A model generated the notes under the pieces. The model was not told the DNA's origin and ran no database searches. It was given only the letters and a program-made list of their open reading frames with translations. Of a stretch of DNA of 64,000 nucleotides, positions 1-12,025 are shown one piece after another (position 1 is the first letter of the stretch; every line of letters starts with the position of its first letter). Origin of the DNA: Styela clava (lineage: Eukaryota). The position numbers were made by a program, and so were the translations under genes. The DNA is taken from the NCBI RefSeq assembly GCF_964204865.1, contig NC_135263.1:8680001-8744000 (forward strand), written 5' to 3'.

Positions 1-57
1 TCGCCCCAATTCGGGAATCAACGAAAGTTTAGTCAAGGAAATATAACCATTGCTTAC

Positions 58-224
58 ATTTCTTCGGTTATCCACGGATTACTTTTTGGATCTGGAGTCT
101 TATTTGTGACTCCCGCGTCATCCGCTTCTACATTGCCTAAATATTCGACATTGGCAGGCGTTTCCAGCAAAGGTTCAATGTCTTCAAATTCATCGTGGCA
201 TGTAACTGTTTTCCAATCAGACAT
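58..224 (-). CDS. Probable first coding exon of an unidentified gene continuing beyond the left edge
   Basis: ORF MSDWKTVTCHDEFEDIEPLLETPANVEYLGNVEADDAGVTNKTPDPKSNPWITEE is preceded by an acceptor (atttag| at 248-247) and ends at a donor AT|gtaagc (intron starts 57). It contains an acidic dileucine-like motif DIEPLL. Family not recognisable from 55 aa. Confidence 0.55.
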
Positions 225-3200
225 TTGAAAATATTTTGAAATACACCTAAATCTCAAATTGCTAAACAAATAACCAGTTTAACACTTATATTGGTTTGGC
301 AAATTTTTAAAATTACCCACCAGTATAGTAGGTGACATCTTACAGATTAAGAACGTGATTTCCAGGACCATGGCCAATAGTAGATCAGAGAGTTTCTGAA
401 ACTATCATAACCGCAATAAACCAATGCAACCATCGTCGTTTGGCTGCGGTGGAGGGTTATCTGCTAGTGTGACATCAACAAATTTTCTCAATCAAATACT
501 GATTTATTTGTTTGTCAACAATCAATTACGATTTGATTGACAGTTTCATTTAGTAGTCGTAGAATGTAGACAGCGTAAATATCACATGTCATCTAAAACT
601 GCGCGATTGAGTCATCAAGAATTTTTTCTCTTTTTACTCTTTTAGGCCTCTACTTAGTTTTTGATATTTTTATGTAAGAAAAGTTATGGGGTGATTTTGT
701 TTTTTAGAGAGAAACCATTTTATTGTATTGTTTTTCTTCAATCCGTTACATACAAAAACTTTTTATGTGGCTAGTATTTCGGTATCTTCATTTTCACGTT
801 ATTAAACTGGAGACATCTCTAGATATCTAGGGTCAAACACTTAAGTAGAATTGGAACATTAATCTTTAAGTGTTTTGTTAAGAGTGCCCGTGATTTGTCA
901 GAAATTTGGAAAGTTGACTGATATGCACCCGTACCACAATGACTCGTTCCGGAAACCGTCAACAAGAGCTGAGAGGAACATCTCACAGTTGATTACAAAT
1001 TGTTCCTTGTTCACCCAACAAACTTCTCAGTCAAGTGTGATTTCCCATAGTTCACAAACCATATTTCGCCTGCAAACTACGCATGCTCGCCACGTCCATT
1101 GGCCATCGTATTTTAACCATACTACAGATATATCTATCCACTATAGGGCGCTACAAATTCATCATTCTTGAAAAAACAATATTTGTTTCAACGGCAGTTA
1201 TTGCAGTTAAATTATAAGTAAATAAATATAAAAAAAATATAGAGTAAACAAGAGAGCTGTGCTCAAGTATGTCGACACGGAGGGCAAATCTAACTATTTT
1301 AGCGTCAATTTCCCAAAAATCATATGCGATAACGTACCAGTAGCCGTATCGGGACAACTCGACTATACACGGAAGAACCATCACAGGCAACGGTACAGGG
1401 ACTGTCATAGCTTTGCTAGGTTCTGTGACGATGATCCATTCTTCATGATTCGGTTTCGCCGTGAATTAAAATACCAACTGATTTGAGTCACTTCCGTATT
1501 ACCAGATCAGGCACCGCAGTCTAAACTTCCCACATTCACTAAGCACGAGATCCGCCGACGTTCGCTGAGCAGGAGACTCGTTGATATGCATTCGCAGAAC
1601 CGCCACGAGGTGCGCAAATTTCAATGACCACTCCGTGTCCAATAAACAAGGCTGAACCGTGAAAGAGAAAACTTTGAAGCATCCCTGCGTGATAATTCAA
1701 TGGTTTACCAACGTAGATCGTGAATGTTTAATTTAATCGAACACAATCAGCTAGTGTCTGTATTCTCGCCAAACGTCTTGGAGTATAAAAATTTGTATAT
1801 CAACACTTGCGCCATTTTTATATATAATAATAATAATATAGTTTCCGTTCACCACTTTGTCACAATGATTGCACGAACTGCAATCGATCTCAATTGCTCA
1901 GTCGAATAAAAAGTTTGATCAAGTGTTTCTCCATACTTGATGTAGAGTGAACTTGGAAAAAAAATATTTTGAGATTTAATTAGAGAAGCTAGTGGTGATT
2001 TTCACACTGGGAAAGTGCCGTTACATGTTCATGTTGATCATGCTCTATGCTAAACTATTATTGAAATGTTCTGTCATGCTGTGGATTGGAAAAGTCCTAG
2101 AGGTTGCAGAAGGACAAAATTGCACTAATACAACTGATCGATGTTTTTATAACAACCACACATTCATTTCTGAAGCATGGAATTATCAATCGTAGGTTAA
2201 TTGATTTATTATTAAATATGACGTGATCCGTCAAATAGAACGGAAATGGAAAATAATTTTTATTGCCACCATAACATCCGGCGGGCAATATCATTAGCTT
2301 TTCAATTCTCTGTAACATGTTCTGATTTATAACTGAGCAAAGACTGGAAACAACAGAACAGTTTTTAATAACGTAAAAACGTCATTTACTGATAACGACA
2401 CAACTTGCAATTTTGTTGAGAAATTACGTATGTCTAGCACTGCATGTTGTTTTGGTACATCAACAACGACAATGAAATACTATTAATTTTAACAGTTTAT
2501 GAATTTCTGCTTCAAAATAAACATGTGAAGTCCTATTGTTTGTAGAATTTCGAACAACAAAACTTTTTCAAGTTAATGCCCAGCATGTTCACAGCATTAT
2601 TGTGAGGAAATCCGTTTGGAGTGTTTTATCTTATCTTGAAAAAATATTCAATTAGCAAACTTGAATAAACACAATACATTTTGGAAGCTATTAAACGGTA
2701 AATTTATAATATATTTAGTTATCTTATTTGAAAAACTAGTCTATCTGTAATACAATGCTATAACGGTTTATTTTTTATCCGAAGGTGAGGTTAGGTACTA
2801 TTGTGCTCGTTTTTCTCGTTCCATTGCCAAAATGTACGAAAGAAAAATGCCATAGAAAGTATAGAAACTGAAAAAAATATCGGTTATATGAAAATAGAGT
2901 TATCTTAATGCACGTGGCGCAAAGGGCGCGACCGTTGTATTCTCGGCACTCCGCCATAAATGAGCCGTGATATTCGCAGGACGACGAGTTGCCCCGGGCT
3001 AATACAGACTGATGGATGAAGATAGCTGTGACAGGGTAGCGGAATCGATGAAGAGAAAATTTAATTGTTCCGCTGTCAAATCGGGATGCCATACTGGCCT
3101 TAGAATAATATATACAAAAAACAGCAAAGCTGACTGTAAATATGCTGATAAATCTTGTTTTACTGTTATAAATGCTGTGTGTACGCTTTATGCGTAATAT

Positions 3201-6200
3201 AATAATCATACGCAAAGACATAATAAATCGAATCACTTATTTTTTGAAATTGTCATTTCATGTTACTCATAAATAATTTTAGCATATATTCCAGGAAATA
3301 TTTGAGATTAAGGCCACATTAGAATTGAAGTTATTTACGTATGGAATTCGTGGTCATGACTCATGAATAATAGCCTGTGTTTTTGCCTGTATTTCTCTTA
3401 GACTCGATGATGCTTTCAAGATGAATTGAAGCACTTCAATGCGACCTTTCATCCATTCTCGTTTCCAACGATGTTGCATAATAGTTTACATTTTGTCGCA
3501 CTTTGTTTATCAATATGTCGTCTATTCAAAATAAATAAAAGGCTGTGTTAAAAGTGTGATATTACCTGGTTAGGTTTTTCCAAGTTCATCATTTTTGTTT
3601 ATTTGTTTGGAACAAAAGTGGAGACAAAATAAACCCGATTTGTGATGTTTTGCCTGTCATTTGACAAAGAAATTTCAATTTGAAAAATAAACACTCTGTG
3701 ACACTATTGTAAATAATATGTGAGTTCTTAACCGTTGATTATTTTGGTTACATCACAACAGGAACAAAATGAGTGTAGGTTTAGCTTGTTGTTTACATGT
3801 AACTTTGTTTCTGGCCTGCTCAAACAAACCACAGTTAGTTAATTTTGTTTGCATGTTCAAATAAATCTCCATGTTACACATATATAAATAAACAAGTTAG
3901 AATTAATTATAGGCAGCACTATACACAAACAAATGTATAAACTTTCTTTGCGTAATGAATCCGTCCCAAGGAATCCCAATGTTTCCGTAGCCATATCAGC
4001 AAACTTTTTTAGTTAGCACGAATAGCATCTTAGCATTTAGGGGTGTTATTTTTTTGAAGGGCAACAATCGCTCTGTTTCAACGAAGTTTACCTAATTTTC
4101 CTTGCGCCGAGATGTTTCTTAATTGCCTTAACATTAGATCAATGTAATATCAGACTTGGCAATAGCATTGGAACACATATTTTGTCTGAATAAAAATACA
4201 CGTCTCTCTCTGAACACAATATTCCTATCGGCTGCCTAATTAAAGACATTCGTAAAAAGTTGTCGTCAGTCAACTTTGCATTTCGAGGTATAAAATTTGT
4301 GTATGCTTTCTGAATAATAATTACTTTCGTCATTTATCACAAAAATTACCAACCGCAGTTTTTAATTTCCACAGCATACGAAAGTGCGCTTGAGGTTTCC
4401 TGGACGGCTTTGTCAGCAAACAAGAATTGTTTTTTTAATCAAAAACTAATTCAGGATGACAGATTACAATTTTTATCAGAACAAAAATCAGCGTGGTAAT
4501 TGAACTTCCATGCTGCGCATAGCGATGGAAAAAGCTTCAGATGCAGAAAGTTTTGAGGTAAGCACTATTAAAAATTTCATACCTTTCATGCTATAAAGGT
4601 TTTAAAGATTTTCATGCATTAAGTATACAAATTGATATGCAAAATTCGACAACAGAAATAGCTGATAATTTGAGAAATACCTTATTTTAGAAAGAGTTGA
4701 TCGAAAATAAGCTTTGTTCACTTTGGAATATTTTGGTTTATTTTATTTGAAAAATTAATTTTTCATTTTTGCATAAATATTTATTTGCAAATGAGGTCGG
4801 CATTCCACGATCCCATACTTCTTTACTCCAAATCAAGATGCTCCATATTTGCTACTAAAATGTCCAGAGGTAAAAAGCTTTAAAGCATAGACGTATTTTG
4901 ATAGATAACTTCCAAGCCACGTTAAAAATGAAAAAAAAATAAGAGATATAAAATGGTAAAATTTCTTTAGTTAATGTAATATGATGATAAAATATATTTT
5001 CTACAATATTTTCAAAAGCTAGATTCATAAAAGCGAACAACAGGGTTCCATGGATCTTAATTTAAATCTAGAGGATAACATTTTTTAGAGATAACAAGTT
5101 TTTAAGTGAATTTAAAGTCTAGGATATTCTCGGCACCGAATTTCAATCCATAAATTAGAATGAATGAGTCATTTTTTTATGAAGCTACAATGCCAAAATT
5201 GCTGAATGGAAACGATTAAAAAGTCAGCCATTTTTAGGTATCATAGATTCGATTTTAGATAAGATATTTCTTGAGTCAAAATAGTTACATGGGTGGTGGT
5301 CTCGTTCGGAATAAATATTGCCAAAAAGTTAATTTTAATACTTAAAAACTCATAATATAAGCAAATAAACAAATACTTAAATTCCCACATCATCTTAATG
5401 GGTTGGGAGCATGTTAGAGAACGTTTAGGTATTTAATCAATTCAAATCATTATTGAAGTTTGTACAGTAGGATAAACAATTAAATAAATAAACAATATTA
5501 GACAAAGCTTCGAATTCGACAAAGTAATCTGTGAGATTATCATATTTTCATCACACTGATTATGACACGGTAACAATGTGACAAACAAAATATCAGTAAC
5601 GCGAAAAATTTGCATTTAATTGGGTATTGGATGACTTGGTATAATAGCCGAATATTTGCTATATTTCCAACTTGTAGGCCATCTTGCTATAACTTGCTGG
5701 TTTTGTTCTGGGTACAATAATGTTTGACTTTCGATTACACATTTCTCTATATTTTGGTATAAATAAACAAATTATTTTCGCTGATATATATCTTATATTT
5801 TAGATAGATTAGGTACAAACTTAAAGAGAAAATACAACCTACTGAAGTTATCGTGTTATCAAGGCTTTTTTTGAGACTATAGATGCTGAACTTATTAAAG
5901 TATTACATAGTCTTTTGACATATCAAAAAAGTCTGTTGAGTTGGTCATATCTAACTCAGTATCAAACTCCGCACTAACAGACACTGACACACTGAAAGTT
6001 AAGAATTCTGCTGAAAATTCAGTGTACAATACTGCAATGACTGTACAGAAGTAGGGTTCGGAGATATCGGGTTGTTTAGAGACCTCATAGGTATTTTTCT
6101 CATATGAAATGCATTTGTTTATTTCGTCTTTTTCGTGAACCCGCCTATGGTTTGCATGTTGTATACAAACATCTATAATCTATTTGACGCCTAAATAGAC

Positions 6201-9200
6201 GTGATATATTATTTTATATGTATGACGATCTTAATAATTTTAAGGTCGTGAACTCACCAAAGGCCTAATGTTGAAAAAATTGATATTATGCCCACTAATA
6301 TTCCAGACTTTTCCGATATGGTGTAAATTAAAAATAGATTGGCAGACAAGAAATTATCGAAATCATAAATTCTCAAGAATTTTTCCTGTATAGAATGTTT
6401 ATATATTTATATAACGTTGCCACGCGTCAAATCAGGACATGGTTTTTGAATTCCGCTAATGTGTAACAATCACGCGGTGAGGAAAAAAATTTAGCAATGC
6501 AGGATAATTAAATTATTATTGCTTCAAACTTGTTGGTTTACGGTTTTTATTTCAATTCAGGGAAATCTAAAAATAACGATAAAATATTGCCATCCTGTCA
6601 TTTCCTTGAAAATTAAGTAACTTTGTTTTGCAAAAATAATAATTCAGATAAAATGTAGGTACAAGTCATAAAACGCACAAAATCGGAAGCACCACAATCA
6701 TCAATAGTCGTAAATATTTCCGATCCAGAAATAAGCGCCAAATAATATTGTTTATTTATATTTGAATCGTCAGCGCTAAATAGGACAATGATACGGACGT
6801 CACAAGACAATGAATGAGCGGAGATTACCTCGACTGAAACTTTCCAAACTGTGAATAGAAATTGACTTTATCCAAACAAATTTCTCCGACGAGAGTAAAA
6901 CAATTATCCGGGTTTTCTTTTTTCTAAATCCAATCAGCCAGTAATTATCACACAATTTTCACCTTCATTGTCATACGCAACAAGAAAAATGTACACTGCA
7001 ACCTAGTTTTCATTTTAATAGATGGTATAAGTTAGGTATATATTTTTCAAAAGATTCAGCATTTTAAATTATCGCCGAGACAAAATCCGGTATATATAAA
7101 TCACTGAGCCGCAAGATGGCGATATAGTTCATATCTTGTTTTATGTCTTTTCACCAAAATTGGACTTTACCTATTATTGTTTTCTGGTACTTCCTTTGCC
7201 TGAATCAATTTTTTTTATATAGAAAACCTTTAAGCATGTAGCAATTAGCCTTGTCACGGATTCAGATAATTTATCATTGCAGAGTGACAGGCCGGCCACC
7301 CCGACAAGCCGCCGGCGCTCGATATATTTCGAATAATGATAAACAATAGGGATTATCTTCACCAGGTCGCATTACCGACGTCGAGTCGTCCCAATCGGTA
7401 CACGTCACGCCTTTGCTGTTAAAAAGCACGTCAACGTCCTAAATTTCACAGTAATTATATCTTGTAGCTGAAGCGCGGGATGCGAAATATCCCGACCGAA
7501 TATAATCAATAAATACAGATCGAATGTATTGCCCGTTCTATCTATGGTCATGTACACTGTCATATATACATACCAAGAAAAAAATCGCCCAACTAAAATA
7601 ATATGTGGACGAATTTTTGAAATATTTATTCCAGTCGGACATTGATTCTGGACTGGTATGCACCGCGATGTAAAAACAACTCACATCTGCAACAGATCAG
7701 CGATTATTTAAAAAATGTTGTTCAATGACAAAAATATCACGATTGGTAAACAATAACTTTTGTATTTGAATATTTCATTTAAACTTACTTATAAGTTATC
7801 AAAATTAAATATTCAAAAAGTTAATTTTATTCTCTGAACAACAATATTATATGCATTTATAATTTGAATAAGATAATGAAACGTTTATAGAAATTTTGAG
7901 ATATATAACATAAATCGTATAAATATAGAATTTATAATTTTCTACCAATCACTGATTTAAAAATATTTTATTCAATAAGTTACAACCATAGAGACAGTTT
8001 GATCAAACATACAAACGCTTGTATGTTATTTTACAGCCTATTTGAAAATATGAAAATTTGTTTTCAAGTGTATCCGGAGAAAAAGTCCTCATCAATTGAG
8101 TTTTTCGTTTAAAATATTAATAAGTCCCGCGTAACGTACCATCAGATAAACATGCGCGGGTCTCATCCATTCAACGCGCAATGGGGACAAGTGTTGTAAA
8201 AGATGAATGAGAAATTTTAAATGTGTATTACGAACACGGAGTATATCGAAACACAGAGTAAAAAATTCGTATGAATGAACCACATTCGAATGCTTAAACA
8301 TCAGCAAATACCTATGATAGAAAGCAAACCCAGACGATTTTTGCAAATTTTCTATAGCTTTTACTTGATTATGGAAAAAAATCCTAAACGTTGCTCGCAC
8401 TGTTACACGATAATTTAGTATAATAAATTATCCAAGTAAGTTGATTGAAAACCATGAAAAAATATTCTATTCCAGAAAAGGTTTTAAACTTTTTTCCTAG
8501 CAGCCAAATTATCCGTTGCTTGTTACAATGTTTTTGGTTTTGGTTCTTGTCCAAAAATTCCATCTAAATTCGAAGGACATTGTAAATTTATTATGACACA
8601 AATTTGAATACTACATTATTTTATTTGGAAAATTTTATATTCAAAATAAAAACTTGCTTTCCGAATCAAAGTTTTGTTTCCTTACTTTTTGATATTTTTT
8701 CTCTCATTTATATCTTTTATCGAAATCAAATCGGAAATCTCGAAAGTTATTTCGGTAAAATCAATCCTCAATAAGTCGGATAGGATGATACTGTAGTTTC
8801 CTTTTTAACTGTCATTAGCACCTCGAAAAATTAGGTTCCGACGTCGGAAATCGTTAGGAAAAATATTTTCGTAAATTGGAACAAACATCCCAATTAGTAT
8901 TAATTATCGCCGCTGATAAAAACCTGGCATAATCCAAACCGCTGGGTGTTTAGGCGTCGTTGAGGTACCAATTAAATTTAATCGCAAAAAAGTTATTGTT
9001 TCCTAACCAACGATTCGATCTTATCAATATGGAACTGGCGATTAGGGAATACAATCGTCTAACTCAACATACTAGACAGTTTATAAACTTCTCAATTACA
9101 ATTGTTTTGCGTATCAACCTATACCATATAGCCCACACGGAAAATTTGTTTACTAAAATCACCGACAAACACGTAAAAATATTTTTATTTAATTGTACAT

Positions 9201-12025
9201 GGAATGAACTAGTTATGGCATATCATGTTTTGAGTGAGACAGGATTATTGAGTCCAACATAATTGACTGAGTCGATAATTTCCTCCCGGAAGATTTAGAC
9301 AAAATGGCGACTTTTCATACCGGCAGCTGTCTGCGCACGTCTTCTTGGAATAAAAGTGTCGCAATTTGAAAATGGTTTCTTTTGTATTATAATTCTTATC
9401 ATCATTGATAAGTTGTAGTTTTCAATGCACAGAAACCAGTATTCAAATAATTTGACTTCATTTAATACACCTTATTCTTACAATATGATGTAATTTGTTT
9501 AACGCTACTTTGATTGTTTGTGCGAATGATAAATAATAAACCATTCCCTAGTAAAGTCAAATGCCTTTCTTCCGTCGAAGAAATCGGAGATCAAAATCTA
9601 TGTCGCTTTGGACCCAGTAGACATATTTCTATTTGTTTACACTAAAAACACAATTTTGAATATGTCGACTTCATGCCCAAACATGGCTGGTAGGGCAGAT
9701 TGATATTTTGGGTTAAACTTGAAATTAATTTGTTATGTGTCGAATTACCAGTTAACATCATTCCATTACTCTTGGGAGTTCGCTGACATTATTATATGGA
9801 TTTTCAAAGTTGAATAAAATTTAATCACAAATTATGTAACACTATTCGTTGTCTTTTTGTAATTAACAATTTTGGATAAATCATGGGTACATATATATAT
9901 ACTCATGGGTCACAGCATAGTTATTATGAAAGACACCTCTAAGATATTTCACTCTTGCGAATATCCGCATTTTTTACCCTCAAACATTAATTCAATTTGA
10001 TATTTACGAGACTCGGTAATAAACGCGCAGTTCAAGTCATTCCTCAACGCAAGATTGTAGTAAATTATCAAGTTCAACCTACGGTCGGAATCGTAAACAC
10101 CAGTTCAGTTTAAGTTGCAGTATTCTAATTGAAATATTTTCCATCACACTTTGATAAAATGTCTAAAAAATTTATCACATATTTTCCGAATAAACGGTTT
10201 GAAGTTCTATAACTTTATATATAAGTATCAAAAGTTTAAAAGTGTAGTAGTGTAGTACATAGTAGTGCAATTCCGGAATACAATTTGAAACAGCAAAATA
10301 TCTGAATACAAAATGGCGTAATATTATTCTAACCCAGAAGCTCTTGAGGAATACTATTTGTTTTATCTTAAACCTCGTTGTGGTTAGCTATGCATGTATT
10401 GCAAACTTGAGGGAAGTTGCCGTAAACATCGATAAGAGCTCAGGTTTTCAATAATGTATAACTAAATCTTCGTATTTTGTATTGGAAAGATATAAAAAAT
10501 CTTTATCAGTATCTTTTAGTTTTGGCATATTTGAAATGTAACCACGGATAAAGTAGCGTTTTTCACTTCGAGAACAAATGAATAAGTGAAAAACAGACTA
10601 TAGTGAGATTCCGTTTACTGAAATGTTGAAAGAAATAAAATCAAGCAAATTGTTCTACAGGCGAACGCGAATCTCTGATTTTGCATACAGCGTACAATTT
10701 CGTAGTAATTATATCACCCGTTTATGAACTTGCTTAACGCAGCGATTGAAGGCATCATAAAGTTTTATATTTATTTTTGTAGTGCTATCATGGTGAATGA
10801 AACAACGTGTTTAGCTTAATTTTCATTACCGCGAATTTGTTTATGCGATATACCGTTAGTGGAAATGTTTACATTTAAATAGCAACTAAATTTTATTTAA
10901 TATTGAAATTATATTTCGCGATAACAACGGATAGGATACATTGTTTATTTATATATAGAAACAAGTAACGTAACTGCTTCATTTAGCAAATTTTGTTGAT
11001 GTTAACTGGTTTGAGGTGTGTCTTCATTTCTTGTTTTCTTCCCACTTTGATAAATTAAAAAAACCTTAATGAATAGCGAATCCCGGTTCGATGCAAAAAG
11101 CTTTCTTCGATATTTTGCATTTTGACGCTCATGCATATAATAAGCGCGTTCGATTGTTAATAGCTATAATTTAGAGAGCAACGAATGATCCTGCTAAAAC
11201 TTTTTTGTGTAGCGAAGTCGAGCGCTTTCATTTTTTCTCGATCGAGAAGCGTTGTACGCCTGTGTCTACGGCTAAGAACTTTCGAGTACTCGCTCTGGGT
11301 TGTCGTTAGAATAGCAGCTTATTTTTCTCTTCCGACTTGATGAATTTGCTATGAAACATTATGCTGTAACAAAGTGAATGAGTTTTCAATTTATTAAGAA
11401 ATAGAAATCCTAAAGATGAGCTAGAACACATAATTGCAATTTAGTTTGAAAAACTAGTTCGGTTCATTTGAACTGAATATTTACGGTTGTAAGTCGAGCA
11501 CGTTTTACAAGTTTACATTATTTGATGTAAGATAAGAGTGCGTTCGCATATATTATCGCCAGGTTACAGAAAAAGAGATGATTCGAGACTTTGTAGAATT
11601 GTAAAAAGAGGAGAAACACATATGACAAATAGGAAATTTTAGTTTTTCAACTAAATCTTGTTCATTCAATATTTATAACTGTTTATTAGGTCGGCTTCCT
11701 ATCGTATCCCTAATTCATTTTAACCTCTGATTACGTTTTGTTTCTATTTATTAAGTAATATTTCAGTTTTTACTTACCATGTGTAAATTGTTGATGCGGA
11801 TTACTCGTTTTATGGGAAACTTATATTAAATTATATTTTTAACAGGAATAATTGTAATCTTTTTGGAATCTGTTTATATTCTGAAATGCAAATCAAAGGG
11901 TAACAGACAAAATTACAAACCGTTCGATACACTGACAACATACTATTTATAAATATTATCACAATTATATTTTCGATTCTGCGTGAGAAGTTTACGCCTT
12001 TGTTGAATAAATACAACGTCTTAGA

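Noticed and set aside
5290-5301. GLI (Hedgehog) site upstream of FoxF
   Set aside because: TGGGTGGTG is a single mismatched match with no cluster.
8836-8849. 14 bp palindrome TTCCGACGTCGGAA (and TTCTCGATCGAGAA at 11235)
   Set aside because: Several 7 bp-arm palindromes are expected by chance in 64 kb.
875-11900. Short ORFs upstream of FoxF as protein-coding genes
   Set aside because: Many use non-ATG starts, have AT-biased composition and show no recognisable domain or consistent exon chain.
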